Source: Elusimicrobiota bacterium
Lineage (GTDB): Bacteria > Elusimicrobiota > Elusimicrobia > UBA1565 > UBA9628
Direction of reading: 5' to 3'
Length of the DNA stretch: 64,000 bases
NCBI GenBank assembly: GCA_016191335.1
Contig: JACPOW010000051.1
Coordinates: 12,162-76,161, forward strand
Positions within the stretch are counted from its first letter, which is position 1. Each line of letters begins with the position of its first letter. Below, piece by piece: positions 26,357 to 36,441 of the stretch. Below the pieces are notes generated by a model. It had not been told where the DNA came from. It made no database searches and saw nothing but the letters and a program-made list of their open reading frames with translations. Made by a program: the position numbers and the translations under genes.

Positions 26357-27664
26357 TTACCGGATTATCTCGAGGACGACGGACTTGGCGCGGACGGCCT
26401 TGGGGGAGATCTGGAGGGCTTCGCGGTACTCTCGCTCGCCCAGGTCGAGCTTGTCCTTGTCGGCGGCGTGGAGGACGGCGAGCGTCTCGCCCTTCGCCAC
26501 GCGGTCGCCGACCTTCTTGCGCAGCTCCAGGCCGGCGCCGTAGTCGAGCTCCTGCTCCTTGAAGGCGCGGCCCGCGCCGAGCAGGACCGCCGCGTGGCCG
26601 ACCTTGCGCGCGTCGAGCGCGGACACGAAGCCGGCCTTGGCGGCGAGGACCGGGCGGGAGAGCTTCGCCTTCGGCAGAAGGGAGAGGTCGTCGATCACGC
26701 CGACGTTGCCGCCCTGGGCCTTCACGCAATCGCGGAACAGGCGATAGCCGGAGCCATCCGCGATCTTCGAGCGCATGAGCGCGGCGCCCGCCTCGGGCGT
26801 CTTGGAGAGGCCCGCGAGCTTGAGCATCCAGCCGCCGAGGGCGAGCAGGCACTCGAGATAATCGGCGGCGGTCTCGTCGCCGCGGAGGATCTCCACGGCC
26901 TGGCGGACCTCGAGGGCGTTGCCGACGAAGCGGCCGAGCGGCTGCTCCATGGCGGTGAGCACGGCGACGGTGGGCATGCCGAGGCCTTTGGAGGTCTTGA
27001 CCAGAGCCTTGGCGAGAGACCGGGCCGAGGCCTTGTCTGAAAAAATCGCGCCGGAGCCGACCTTCACGTCGAGCACCAGCGCGTCGAGCTCCTCGGCCGC
27101 CTTCTTGGAGAGGATGCTCGCCACGATGAGCGGCCGCGCGGGGACGGTGGCCGTCGCGTCGCGCAGGGCGTACAAAGTGCGGTCGGCGGGGGCGAGCGTG
27201 CCGGTCTGGCCGAACAGGCTGAAGCCGTGCTTGGCCACTTGGGCGCGGATCTCGGGGAGGTCGAGGCGGACGCGGAAGCCCTCGATCGACTCGAGCTTGT
27301 CGAGGGTCCCGCCGGTGTGGCCGAGGCCGCGGCCCGACATCATCGGGACCGCGAGGCCGCAGGCCGCCGCGAGGGGGGCGAGCGCCAGGGACACGCCGTC
27401 GCCGACGCCGCCGGTGGAGTGCTTGTCGGCCCGAGGGCGACCGTCGTCGGCGAGGCCGAGGGCCTCGCCGGATTCGGCCATCGCGCGGGTCAACGCCACC
27501 ATCTCCTTCTCGTCCATGCCCCGGCACAGCACGGCCATGAGCCAGGCGGACAGCTGATAATCCGGGACGAGGCCCTTGGCCGCGCCGCGGGCGACGAAGG
27601 CGAGCTCTCCGGGCGTGTGCCTCCCACCGTCGCGCTTCTTGGCGATGATGTCGAGGAACAGCAT
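26357..27664 (-). CDS. thymidine/pyrimidine-nucleoside phosphorylase
   Basis: 435 aa. DIIAKKRDG..., DKHSTGGVGD and the overall glycosyl-transferase family 3 layout. Confidence 0.9.
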   Translation of the reverse strand: MLFLDIIAKKRDGGRHTPGELAFVARGAAKGLVPDYQLSAWLMAVLCRGMDEKEMVALTRAMAESGEALGLADDGRPRADKHSTGGVGDGVSLALAPLAAACGLAVPMMSGRGLGHTGGTLDKLESIEGFRVRLDLPEIRAQVAKHGFSLFGQTGTLAPADRTLYALRDATATVPARPLIVASILSKKAAEELDALVLDVKVGSGAIFSDKASARSLAKALVKTSKGLGMPTVAVLTAMEQPLGRFVGNALEVRQAVEILRGDETAADYLECLLALGGWMLKLAGLSKTPEAGAALMRSKIADGSGYRLFRDCVKAQGGNVGVIDDLSLLPKAKLSRPVLAAKAGFVSALDARKVGHAAVLLGAGRAFKEQELDYGAGLELRKKVGDRVAKGETLAVLHAADKDKLDLGEREYREALQISPKAVRAKSVVLEIIR

Positions 27665-27668
27665 GGCG

Positions 27669-28499
27669 CTACACGACCTTGATCAGGTCGGACAGGACGC
27701 CGCGCAGGGCGTCGGACACGCGGGCGCCGAGGGCCAGCACGTCGCCGTGGTTCTGGATCGCGCCGGGAAGGCCCGCCGCCATGTTCGAGGTCCACACGAG
27801 CGCGGAGGTCGTCAGGCCCATCTGCCGGGCGGGGACGACCTCGGGCACGACGGACATGCCGACGACGTCGCCGCCCATCGAGCGGAACGCCTTGATCTCG
27901 GCCGGCGTCTCATAGGACGGGCCGCCGACGGCGACGTACACGCCCTCGTGCACGGCGACCTTGCGCTTGCGGCAGGCGGTCAGGATCACCTGGTTGAGCC
28001 TGGCGTCGTAGGCCTGGGTCATGTCCGGGAACATCGTCCCGAACTCCTCCTCATGGAACGCCCGGAGAGGGTTCCGGCCCATCAGGTTGATGTGGTCGGT
28101 GATGACGGTGAAGTGGCCGGGCTTGACCTTCTCGCGCATCGAGCCGACGGCCGCGGTCACGATCAAGGTCTTGAGGCCGAGGTACTCGAGGGCGCGGATG
28201 GGCAGCGCGATGCCCTCCATCGCGTGGCCCTCGTAATAATGGAAGCGGCCCTGCATGACGACGACCGAGCGGCCGGCGGAGCGGCCGAGGATGAGCTTGC
28301 CCTCGTGGCCGGGGACCGTGGTGCGGGGGAAGCCCGGGATCTCGCGGTAGGGGATGGTCAGGGTCTTCTCGAGCGGGGGGACGGCCTTGGCCAGGCCGGA
28401 GCCGAGGACGAAGCCGATGTCGGGGGTGAAGCCCGGGGCCCGCTTCTTGATGAACGCCGCCGCCTTGCGGATCGCGCCGATGTAAAGATTGATCTTCAT
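27669..28499 (-). CDS. purine nucleoside phosphorylase (trimeric PNP/MTAP family)
   Basis: 276 aa. GFVLGSGL, GHEGKLILG, MQGRFHYYEGH and VGMSVVPEV motifs. TAAAAT + 6 nt before the ATG. Confidence 0.9.
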   Translation of the reverse strand: MKINLYIGAIRKAAAFIKKRAPGFTPDIGFVLGSGLAKAVPPLEKTLTIPYREIPGFPRTTVPGHEGKLILGRSAGRSVVVMQGRFHYYEGHAMEGIALPIRALEYLGLKTLIVTAAVGSMREKVKPGHFTVITDHINLMGRNPLRAFHEEEFGTMFPDMTQAYDARLNQVILTACRKRKVAVHEGVYVAVGGPSYETPAEIKAFRSMGGDVVGMSVVPEVVPARQMGLTTSALVWTSNMAAGLPGAIQNHGDVLALGARVSDALRGVLSDLIKVV

Positions 28500-28550
28500 G
28501 CCGGGATTTTACCACATAGACGGCGCGCGCGGTTTTTGTAGAATCAATCC

Positions 28551-29387
28551 ATGCCCACCTCGACCGCCGCCCCGACGGACCTGAAGTCCCTGACGAAGCA
28601 CCTTCGCCACGACATCATCCGCATGATCGAGGCGGCCGGCAACGGCCACCCCGGCGGCTCCCTGTCCATCATCGACATCCTGGCCGTGCTGTACTGGAAG
28701 TTCCTCAAGCACGACCCGAAGCAGCCCGCCTGGGAAGGCCGCGACCGCTTCATCCTCTCGAAGGGCCACGCCTGCCCCGCGTTGTACGCGGTCATGGCGC
28801 ACCGCGGCTACTTCCCGACGGCCGACCTGCTCAACCTGCGCAAGCTCGGCAGCCCGCTGCAGGGCCATCCCGACCGCCTGCGCATGCCCGGCATCGAGTT
28901 CTCCACCGGCTCGCTCGGCCAGGGCCTCTCCGTCGGCGTCGGCATGGCGCTCGCCGCCAAGGCCGACAAGAAGGACTGTAAGACGGTCGTCGTCCTCGGC
29001 GACGGCGAGATGCAGGAGGGCCAGTGCTGGGAGGCCTTCATGTCCGCGCCCAAGTTCAAGCTCGACAACCTCATCGCGATCGTGGACCACAACAACGGCC
29101 AGATCGACGGGCCGGTGACCGAGGTCATGAACATCGAGCCCCTGACCGACAAGCTCAAGACCTTCAACTGGGAGGTCCAGGCCGTGGACGGCCACGACCT
29201 CGACGCGGTGGAGAAGGCGCTCGCCAAGGCCTGGGCCGCCAAGGACGGCCGCCCGCAGGCCATCGTCGCCAAGACCGTCAAGGGCAAGGGCGTCTCGTTC
29301 ATGGAGCACAACATCGCCTGGCACGGGAACGCCCCGAAGAAGGAAGACGCCGACAAGGCTTGCATGGAGATCAAGAATGGCCGCTAA
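28551..29387 (+). CDS. transketolase, N-terminal (TPP-binding) subunit
   Basis: GHPGGSLS, SKGHACPALYA and GDGEMQEGQCWEA motifs. 278 aa split form. Confidence 0.9.
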   Translation: MPTSTAAPTDLKSLTKHLRHDIIRMIEAAGNGHPGGSLSIIDILAVLYWKFLKHDPKQPAWEGRDRFILSKGHACPALYAVMAHRGYFPTADLLNLRKLGSPLQGHPDRLRMPGIEFSTGSLGQGLSVGVGMALAAKADKKDCKTVVVLGDGEMQEGQCWEAFMSAPKFKLDNLIAIVDHNNGQIDGPVTEVMNIEPLTDKLKTFNWEVQAVDGHDLDAVEKALAKAWAAKDGRPQAIVAKTVKGKGVSFMEHNIAWHGNAPKKEDADKACMEIKNGR

Positions 29388-30321
29388 AGCGACGCGCGAA
29401 TCCTTCGGCGAGACCATCCTCGAGCTCGCCGCGACCAACGAGAACCTCGTCGTCCTGGACGCCGACCTCTCCAAGTCCACGATGACCCAGCCCTTCATGA
29501 AGAAGTACCCGGCCCGGCACTTCGAGATGGGCATCGCCGAGCAGAACATGATCGGCGTCGCCGCGGGCCTCGCGCTGTCCGGCAAGATCCCGGTCCTGAC
29601 CTCGTTCGCCTGCTTCCTGATCGGCCGCGTGGAGTCCATCCGCGTCAGCGCCGCGTACAACCAGACCAACATGAAGCTCGTCGGCACTCACGCCGGCATC
29701 GGCATCGGCGAGGACGGCACCTCCCAGATGGGCCTCGAGGACGTGGCCGCGATGCGCGCGCTCCCGGGCATGACCGTGCTCCAGCCGGCGGACCACGCGG
29801 AGACCCAGCAGGCCGTGCGCTGGATGATCGAGCACAAAGGCCCCGTCTACATCCGCCTGACGCGCCAAAAGATGCCCGACGTCCACGGCCCGGACTACAA
29901 GTGGCAGCCCAACAAGATCGACGTGGTGTACGAGCCGGCGAAGAAACCGGCGAAGTACCAGGCCACCATCATCGCCTCGGGCGGCCCCGTGCCGCACGCA
30001 GTCGAGGCGGCCAAGCTCCTCGAGGCCAAGGGCTTCGCGGTGCGCGTCGCCAACGCCTCCACGCTCCTGCCTTTCGACGGCGACACCGTCGCCAGGATCG
30101 CGAAGGACTCCCAGCGCATCGTCGCGGTCGAGGACCACAACGTCCACGGCGGCCTCGGCTCCGCGGTGTGCGAGGCGATCGCCGAGCGCGGCATCTCGTG
30201 CCCCGTCGTGCGCATCGGCCTGCGCTCCTTCGGAGAATCGGCCACGCCCGAGGAGCTGTACGAGAAGTACGGCCTGACGGCGCCGAGCATCGCCGAGGCC
30301 TGCCTCAAGAACCCCGCGTGA
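29377..30321 (+). CDS. transketolase, C-terminal (pyrimidine-binding) subunit
   Basis: FEMGIAEQNMIGVAAGLA and GEDGTSQMGLEDVAAMRALPGM motifs. Overlaps the N-terminal subunit gene by 11 nt. Confidence 0.9.
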   Translation: MAAKATRESFGETILELAATNENLVVLDADLSKSTMTQPFMKKYPARHFEMGIAEQNMIGVAAGLALSGKIPVLTSFACFLIGRVESIRVSAAYNQTNMKLVGTHAGIGIGEDGTSQMGLEDVAAMRALPGMTVLQPADHAETQQAVRWMIEHKGPVYIRLTRQKMPDVHGPDYKWQPNKIDVVYEPAKKPAKYQATIIASGGPVPHAVEAAKLLEAKGFAVRVANASTLLPFDGDTVARIAKDSQRIVAVEDHNVHGGLGSAVCEAIAERGISCPVVRIGLRSFGESATPEELYEKYGLTAPSIAEACLKNPA

Positions 30322-30929
30322 GGCTCGCGGCGGGGATGACGGCGCTGGCCGCGTGCGCGGCTCTCGCCGCGGCTCCGCCGCCGCCGCTCGCCTCGCGCCC
30401 GCCCGAGAAGGGCTGCGCGTGGAGGCTGCTCTCGTCGCCCGCGCTGGGCCTCGAGGTCCCGGTGCAGCGCTGCGACTTCGGCTTCCGCGTCATCGACTTC
30501 GGCGCGGGAAAGACCTCCCTCTACCAGTCGATGACGGACACGGGCAAGAAGGAGGACGTCTTCCCGGTCGTCTCGATGTTCGAGAAGAAGGCGGACGAGG
30601 GCCCCGACGAGGCGATCCGACGCGTCGCCTTCAAGAAGCTCTCCCGCTATCAGCGCAAGCACTGCTCCGTCGTCGCCAAGCACGTCCCGCACCTGGGCCT
30701 GAGCAAGTCCGCCTTCACCATCTCGCCCGACGAGGAGTACGCCGCGAAGGCCGCGGCGAAGGCCGGCACCGACGTCCCGCCGCCGCCGTGCGGCGACCTC
30801 GGCGAATCCGCGGACTCCTTGACCTACTTCGAGTTCCACGCGCTCGAGAACCCGCGCCGCTTCGCCTTCGTGTGGGCGGGGCAGGACACGCCGCTGTTCG
30901 ACGAGACCCGCCTCAAGTTCCTCCCATGA
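30318..30929 (+). CDS. secreted hypothetical protein
   Basis: GTG 30318 overlaps the tkt stop (GTGA). Signal-like (M)RLAAGMTALAACAALAAA. ATG 30336 is the alternative start. Confidence 0.55.
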   Translation: MRLAAGMTALAACAALAAAPPPPLASRPPEKGCAWRLLSSPALGLEVPVQRCDFGFRVIDFGAGKTSLYQSMTDTGKKEDVFPVVSMFEKKADEGPDEAIRRVAFKKLSRYQRKHCSVVAKHVPHLGLSKSAFTISPDEEYAAKAAAKAGTDVPPPPCGDLGESADSLTYFEFHALENPRRFAFVWAGQDTPLFDETRLKFLP

Positions 30930-31939
30930 AGGGGCGAAAGTCGGTGAGACTGCTCTTCGTGGCCTTTCTCGCGGCCGCAGCCGTCGCCGGTCTTCGCGCG
31001 TGGGACACCTATAGACTGGCGCGCCTGCCGCTGCCCAGCCGTCCGGAGCCAGCGACCCCCGCGGAGAAGCGGCTCGCGGCGGACGTCCGCGCGCTGGCGG
31101 GGGAGATCGGACCCCGCAGCTACGCCCACCCCGAGGGATTGGCCAGGGCGGAAGCACACGTAAAACGCGCGTTCACCGCGGCCGGATACCGGGTCGAGGA
31201 GCAGCCCTACACTGTGCGACCACCGGGAATCTCCGCCCACGCCCCGATGAGGAATTTCATCGCCGTTCTGCCCGCCGCTTCGTCCGATGCACCAGTCCTC
31301 GTGGTCGGAGCGCATTACGACACCGCGCTCGACACCCCCGGAGCAGATGACAACGCTTCGGGAGTGGCGGCCCTGCTCGAGCTCGCGCGCCGGTTCAAAG
31401 GGAAGACCGGCGCGCTCGAGATCCGCTTCGTCGCGTACGGCACCGAGGAGCCGCCTTTCTTCGGCTCCAAGCAGATGGGGAGCGCTTTTCACGCCGCCTC
31501 GCTCAAGGCGGAAGGACGCCGGGTCAAGGGGATGATCAGCCTCGAGATGCTCGGCTACTACGACGACGCCAAAGGCTCGCAGAAATATCCGCCGCTCCTG
31601 TCGCTGTTCTATCCGGACCGGGCGAATTTCATCGGCGCGGTGTCCAATCTCGGTTCCCGGGATTTCCTCAAGGGCTTTGCCAAGTCGTTCAAGCCGACTA
31701 ACAATCTGTTAGTAGTCGCCGCGAGCCTGCCCGGCTGGATCACCGAGATCGGCCTCTCCGATCACAAATGCTATTGGGACGAAGGATTTCCGGGACTCAT
31801 CCTCACGGACACCTCTTTCTTGCGCTACACACACTACCACATGGCCACCGATACGCCCGAGAAGCTCGATTATGCGCGGATGGCGGACGTGGTCAATGGC
31901 CTAGAAGCCTCCCTCACCTCCATGCTGGAGGGACATTGA
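30926..31939 (+). CDS. M28-family metallopeptidase
   Basis: VVGAHYDT...GADDNASGVAALLELARRF and EEPPFFGS motifs. ATGA-coupled start, N-terminal membrane anchor. Confidence 0.8.
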   Translation: MKGRKSVRLLFVAFLAAAAVAGLRAWDTYRLARLPLPSRPEPATPAEKRLAADVRALAGEIGPRSYAHPEGLARAEAHVKRAFTAAGYRVEEQPYTVRPPGISAHAPMRNFIAVLPAASSDAPVLVVGAHYDTALDTPGADDNASGVAALLELARRFKGKTGALEIRFVAYGTEEPPFFGSKQMGSAFHAASLKAEGRRVKGMISLEMLGYYDDAKGSQKYPPLLSLFYPDRANFIGAVSNLGSRDFLKGFAKSFKPTNNLLVVAASLPGWITEIGLSDHKCYWDEGFPGLILTDTSFLRYTHYHMATDTPEKLDYARMADVVNGLEASLTSMLEGH

Positions 31940-31940
31940 A

Positions 31941-32312
31941 GTGTTGAACGCGCGCGATCGCACGGTGCTCGACGCGCTCCTGCCTCCGGGCGGCCCCGAG
32001 GGGCTTCCGGGCGCGTTCGAGGCGGGCTTCGAGGAGTTCGAGAAGGGCTTCGCCTCGGACGCGCCGTTCCCGATGCGCTTCGGCTGGCGCGCGGCGCTGT
32101 TCGCCGCGTGCTGGGTCTCGCCGCTCCTCATCGGCCGCCTGCCGCCCCTGACCCGGCTGGCTCCCCCGGAGCGCGAGGACGCGCTGTGCGCGATGGGCAA
32201 GAGCCGCGTCTATCTGATCCGCCAGGTCTCCCTTCTCCTGAAGGCCGTGACGAGCTTCGGCTATGGGGGCACGAAGGCCGTGCGCCGCGTCGTGGGCTAC
32301 GATGCGCGTTGA
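31941..32312 (+). CDS. small hypothetical protein preceding the GMC oxidoreductase (possible accessory subunit)
   Basis: 123-aa ORF with a GTG start 2 nt after the upstream stop. Overlaps the GMC gene start by 11 nt. Confidence 0.5.
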   Translation: MLNARDRTVLDALLPPGGPEGLPGAFEAGFEEFEKGFASDAPFPMRFGWRAALFAACWVSPLLIGRLPPLTRLAPPEREDALCAMGKSRVYLIRQVSLLLKAVTSFGYGGTKAVRRVVGYDAR

Positions 32313-33789
32313 CGGCGCGGCGCTCGCCGCCTTCGACGAGGTATTCGATTACGTCGTCGTCGGCTCCGGCGCCGCCGGCGCCACCGCCGCGCGCTCTCTC
32401 GCCTCGACCGGCCGCTCGGTGTGCATCCTCGAGGAAGGCCCCGCGATGGACCCGAAGGCGTTCGGCGACGACGCCTGGGGCGCGTTCAAGACGATGTTCC
32501 GCGGCATGAACGGCCAGGTCGCGCGGGGCAGGGCCTTCATCCCCGTCATCCAGGGGCGGACGCTCGGCGGCAGCACGGTGATCAACTCCGCGATCGCCTG
32601 GCGCGTGCCCGACGACGTGCTGGCCGAATGGGAGACGCTCGGCCTCGGCGACGCCCTTCCGCCCAAGGAGCTCCACCGGTATTGGGACGAGATCGAGAAG
32701 GACCTCGACGCCGCGCCCACGCCCGAGGAGGCGTGGGGGGGCTTCAACACGCTCATGCGCGACGGCGCGAGGAAGCTCGGCGTTTCGGCCGCGCCGACGC
32801 GGCGCTACGCCTCGGGCTGCAAGGCCACGGGGCAGTGCCTCACCGGCTGCCCGAGCGGGGCCAAGCGCAGCATGCTGACGACCTACCTCCCGCAGGCCGA
32901 GGCGAAGGGCGCCGTGATCGTCACCGGCGCCGAGGCCCGGCGCGTGCTCGTCAAGGACGGCCGCGCGGTCGGCGTCGAAGGGCTCCTCTCCGCTCCCGGA
33001 CGGCCCGCGTTCCGGGCCATGGCCCGGCGCGCCGTCGTCGTCGCCGCCTCGGCGATCCAGTCCCCGCTGCTGCTCGAGCGCAGCGGCGTGCGCTCCGCCC
33101 ATCTCGGCGAGCACTTCATGGCGCATCCCGGCACGCCGCTCACCGGCCTCTTCGACGCGCCCGCGGACCTGTGGCGCGGCGCCACCCAGGGCTTCGACTC
33201 CGTCCATCACCGCCGCGACTGGCGCGTCAAGGTGGAGACCATCGGCCTGCCGCCGGAGATCGTCTTCGCGCGCCTGCCCGGTGCCGGGCGGCGCTGGAAG
33301 GAGAAGATGGCGCTGGCCCGGCGCACCGCGATCTTCGCCGTGCAGACGCGGGCCTGGGCCGAGGGCTCGGTGCGCGAGGGCCCATTCGGCGCCGACATCC
33401 GCTACGACCTGACGCGCCGCGACATGATGCAGATCCGCCGCGGCCTGCGCTTCTCCGCCGAGCTCCTGTTCGCCGCCGGCGCGCGCGAGGTATGGCCGGG
33501 CATCTACGGGCTGCCGGAGTCCCTCAAGCCCGGGGAAGAGCGGCTGCTCGACGCCGGCCCCGACGACCCGCGCTGCTACTCCTGGATCCTCTCTCACCTG
33601 TTCGGCACCGCGCGCATGGCCGCGCGCCCCGGCGCCGGCGTGGTGGGGGCCGATTTCGCCGTCCACGGCGTCCCGAACCTCGTCGTCGCGGACTCCTCCG
33701 TGTTCCCGACCAACCTCGGGGTCAACCCCCAGCACGCGATCATGGCCGTCGCGCGCCTGTGCGCCGAGCGCCTGGCGGAGAGGGCCTGA
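32302..33789 (+). CDS. GMC-family FAD-dependent oxidoreductase
   Basis: N-terminal Rossmann DYVVVGSGAAGATAARSLA...ILEEG, GRTLGGSTVINSA and C-terminal GTARM...VVADSSVFPT motifs. Confidence 0.85.
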   Translation: MRVDGAALAAFDEVFDYVVVGSGAAGATAARSLASTGRSVCILEEGPAMDPKAFGDDAWGAFKTMFRGMNGQVARGRAFIPVIQGRTLGGSTVINSAIAWRVPDDVLAEWETLGLGDALPPKELHRYWDEIEKDLDAAPTPEEAWGGFNTLMRDGARKLGVSAAPTRRYASGCKATGQCLTGCPSGAKRSMLTTYLPQAEAKGAVIVTGAEARRVLVKDGRAVGVEGLLSAPGRPAFRAMARRAVVVAASAIQSPLLLERSGVRSAHLGEHFMAHPGTPLTGLFDAPADLWRGATQGFDSVHHRRDWRVKVETIGLPPEIVFARLPGAGRRWKEKMALARRTAIFAVQTRAWAEGSVREGPFGADIRYDLTRRDMMQIRRGLRFSAELLFAAGAREVWPGIYGLPESLKPGEERLLDAGPDDPRCYSWILSHLFGTARMAARPGAGVVGADFAVHGVPNLVVADSSVFPTNLGVNPQHAIMAVARLCAERLAERA

Positions 33790-34304
33790 TGGAGCACCGG
33801 CCTTTGTTCGCGCGCATGAAGGACATGAGCGGTTCCGAGCTCGGCGCCTTGATGGCCGCCGGCCGCGCGCCCGAGCCCGAGAGCCTCGCCGGCTGGGAGT
33901 TCCGCGGCTGGAACCACCCGCCCTTGCTGGCCTTGCTCGGCATACGCAAGTTCGTGAAGGGTTTCTTCCTGGCGGACGGCCTGGAAGGCTACAACCGCCC
34001 GCCGCGCCAGGACGGCTTCGACGCCGAGTGGACCGGCGCGGGGACGCCGTTCGGGTTCTACCGCGTGGTCCCGCCGGCGGCGCCCGACCTGCGCCTCCCG
34101 AACTCCCTTCTTCTCGACTATGGCGCGAGCCCGCGCAACGCGTTCTGGAAACCTGAGCGTGTCCTGCGCGACTACCTCGTCCAGCCCGATCCGAACGAGC
34201 CCGATGTATTCCTGGGGCTCGCGACCTTGGCCCTCGGCCCGGCGCGCCCCGCCACGAACTATTTCCTGCTCGAGCGTCTGGGCAAAGGCGAATGGCGCCC
34301 CTGA
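33789..34304 (+). CDS. hypothetical protein
   Basis: 171 aa, ATGA-coupled to the GMC gene stop, normal composition. No family recognised. Confidence 0.5.
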   Translation: MEHRPLFARMKDMSGSELGALMAAGRAPEPESLAGWEFRGWNHPPLLALLGIRKFVKGFFLADGLEGYNRPPRQDGFDAEWTGAGTPFGFYRVVPPAAPDLRLPNSLLLDYGASPRNAFWKPERVLRDYLVQPDPNEPDVFLGLATLALGPARPATNYFLLERLGKGEWRP

Positions 34305-35296
34305 TCCTGCTGCTCGCCGCGTCGCTCGTGGGGGCGGCCGAGACGCCGGCCAAGGTCATCAAGGCCGTGACCTTCAACGCCGCGGGCATACCCCTCGTGC
34401 ATCCGCGTCTCGCCGCGCGGCTCCAGGGCTGCGGGAAGGCGATCGCCGTCGGCGGCTTCGACCTCGCGGGCCTCCAGGAGCTGTGGCGCGACAAGGACAG
34501 CGCCGCCCTCGCCGCGGCCTCCGGCCTGCCCCACGCCGCCCGCTTCCATCGCCGCCTCGCCTTCCGCACCGGCCTGACCATCCTCTCGCGCTGGCCGATC
34601 GTCCGGACCGAGGAGCGCGCCTTCACCGTCGTGCGGCCGTCCCTGCGCCACCTCGCCCAGGGGGAGCTCGTCGCGGGCAAGGGATATTTGTTCGCGCGCG
34701 TCGGCTCGCCGTGGGGGGAGCTCGACGTCTACGCCGCCCACACCTTGGCCGATTACCCCGAAACCCGATACCATCTGCTCCGCCTGACCGAGCTGTTCGA
34801 GCTCGCCGAGGGCGTCCTCGAGCTGTCGGCGGGCCGCCCGTTCGTGATCCTGGGAGACCTCAACTCGGGGCACGGCGACCGCGAGTACGACCTGTTCCTC
34901 GACCTTCTCGGCCTGAGCGACCCGTGCGCCCCCGCGGGGGTCGAGGCCTGCGGCGACCCGCGGCGCCCGAAGCGCATCGACCACGCCCTCGTCCCGGGCC
35001 GCCTCGCGGCGAGCGCGGCGCGCGTCTTCGACGATTCATTATCGGACCACTACGGGTTCGCCGTCGAGCTGCCGCGGGCCCTGATGTCCCTGCGCGCCCA
35101 GCCCGACCCGAAGCGCCGGGCGGCCGCCCTGCGCGCCGTCGAGGACGAGACGAGCGAGGCGATCGAGCGCTTGGAGGCCGAGGGACGGCGCGCGTCCTGG
35201 GTCCCGCTTTACGGCACGTTCGTGTCGGCGCGCTACGCGCGCCAGGCGGCCAGGCTCAGGGCGATCCGCGAGCGCGCCGCGTCCGCGCGGCGCTAG
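34292..35296 (+). CDS. endonuclease/exonuclease/phosphatase (EEP) family protein, secreted
   Basis: Signal peptide, then TFNAAG, GLQELW, ILGDLNS and SDHYGF motifs typical of the EEP/sphingomyelinase-like fold. Confidence 0.75.
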   Translation: MAPLILLLAASLVGAAETPAKVIKAVTFNAAGIPLVHPRLAARLQGCGKAIAVGGFDLAGLQELWRDKDSAALAAASGLPHAARFHRRLAFRTGLTILSRWPIVRTEERAFTVVRPSLRHLAQGELVAGKGYLFARVGSPWGELDVYAAHTLADYPETRYHLLRLTELFELAEGVLELSAGRPFVILGDLNSGHGDREYDLFLDLLGLSDPCAPAGVEACGDPRRPKRIDHALVPGRLAASAARVFDDSLSDHYGFAVELPRALMSLRAQPDPKRRAAALRAVEDETSEAIERLEAEGRRASWVPLYGTFVSARYARQAARLRAIRERAASARR

Positions 35297-36441
35297 ACCG
35301 CGTCGACGACGCGGGAGTCGGCCATCAGGTCGTGCCAGCCGCGGCGCTGCGGCTCGAACAACGCCCAGAGATAGCCGAGGCCGCCCGCGTAGCCGGACAG
35401 AAGGGACACCGCCGCGCGCATGGCCCGCTGCTTGCCGTCGAGCGGGCCGCCGTCGAGCGCGACCACCTTGAGCTTCAAGAGCCGCTTGCCCGGCGTCGTC
35501 CCGAGCTTCTTCAGGAACACGACGGTGTAGACGAACCAGACCAAGGAGAAGCCCCAGCCGGCGAGCCAAGGCCGGTCGTCGGCGGCGTCCTTCGTCACCT
35601 TCAGGCCGTTCTTCCGGTCGAAGTGGACGACCGCGGATTCGCCGTTGACCTTGACGCCCGTGGCGTCGATCGAGACGCCGGTCGTCTTCGGCGCTTCGCG
35701 GAGACGGATGTTCAAGCCCTGGCCGGAGACCACACTGAGCAGCAGCAAGCAGAAAACGCCGTCGAGCAGCAGGGCCGCGAAGCGTTTCAAGGTGGAGGGG
35801 ACGCCCGCGTTCACGAGAGAGGCTTTCGCGCCCCCGGGCTGGAAGGCGGGGGCCGCCGCCCTCGGCGGGATCAGCCCGAAGAAACGGGACTTCACGGCCT
35901 CGGCCGAGGCGCCGACGGGCTCCTCGCGGCGGACCTTGTAGACGCGGATCTTCTCGGGGATGCCCTTGAGCTGCATGAGGCCGATCTCGCTCGAGGGGAC
36001 CTCGGATTTGTTCATCGCGAGGTAGACGGCCTCGGTGAAGTACACCTGCCCGGCCTCGGCGATGCCCTCGATGCGGGCGGTGATGTTGACCGCCTCGCCG
36101 AAGACGTCGTTCTCCATGAGGTTGACCTCGCCGGAGTTGATGGCGATGCGGATCTCGAGGCGGTCGGCGGCGGAGCGGCCCTCGTTGAGCTTGGCCAGGG
36201 CCTCCTGCACGGAGACGCCGGCGAGCACCGCGTTCGTGGGGCTCTCGAAGGTCATCAGGAAGGCGTCGCCGATGGTCTTGACCAGATGGCCGCCGCGCGC
36301 CTCGAGGAGGGGGAGGACGACGGCGCGGTGCTCGTCGAGCATCGTCGAGATCTCCGCGCGCGACTTCGAGGAGGTCTTGTCCGTGAACCCCTTGATGTCG
36401 GTCAGGAGGATGGTCAGGTGGCGCGTCGTCGGTTCGGCCAT
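35293..36441 (-). CDS. class III adenylate/guanylate cyclase fused to an RDD membrane domain
   Basis: LTILLTDIKGFT...KTIGDAFLMTF...INSGEV cyclase motifs, then a C-terminal multi-TM region ending GWHDLMADSRVV (RDD-like). Confidence 0.8.
   Translation of the reverse strand: MAEPTTRHLTILLTDIKGFTDKTSSKSRAEISTMLDEHRAVVLPLLEARGGHLVKTIGDAFLMTFESPTNAVLAGVSVQEALAKLNEGRSAADRLEIRIAINSGEVNLMENDVFGEAVNITARIEGIAEAGQVYFTEAVYLAMNKSEVPSSEIGLMQLKGIPEKIRVYKVRREEPVGASAEAVKSRFFGLIPPRAAAPAFQPGGAKASLVNAGVPSTLKRFAALLLDGVFCLLLLSVVSGQGLNIRLREAPKTTGVSIDATGVKVNGESAVVHFDRKNGLKVTKDAADDRPWLAGWGFSLVWFVYTVVFLKKLGTTPGKRLLKLKVVALDGGPLDGKQRAMRAAVSLLSGYAGGLGYLWALFEPQRRGWHDLMADSRVVDAV

Noticed and set aside
25722-27527. 601-aa ORF suggesting a large fusion upstream of upp
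   Set aside because: Only the last 207 aa (from ATG 26345) are Upp-like. The upstream part is Arg/Pro/Gly-rich and overlaps the thymidine phosphorylase gene in another frame.
32128-34680. 850-aa minus-strand ORF. Similar long antisense or alternative-frame ORFs occur at 13539-15971, 13891-16638, 29895-31157, 38055-39188, 45151-46866, 57955-59787, 59564-60844 and 61697-63832
   Set aside because: Same Arg/Pro/Gly-skewed composition. Each overlaps a gene with strong family motifs on the other strand or in another frame (GMC oxidoreductase, RND, transketolase, SpeE-like, TPR protein, malic enzyme, FprA, kinase fusion).
14000-35000. Search for a RiPP maturase, leader peptidase or exporter near the CVWP peptide genes
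   Set aside because: ORFs within about 10 kb on each side are either recognisable housekeeping genes (lpxD, tRNA-His, upp, pdp, pnp, tkt, M28 peptidase, GMC oxidoreductase) or TPR and unknown secreted proteins. No radical-SAM CxxxCxxC motif, YcaO, lanthionine synthetase or peptidase-ABC exporter was seen. A RiPP cluster call is therefore not supported by context and stays a hypothesis.
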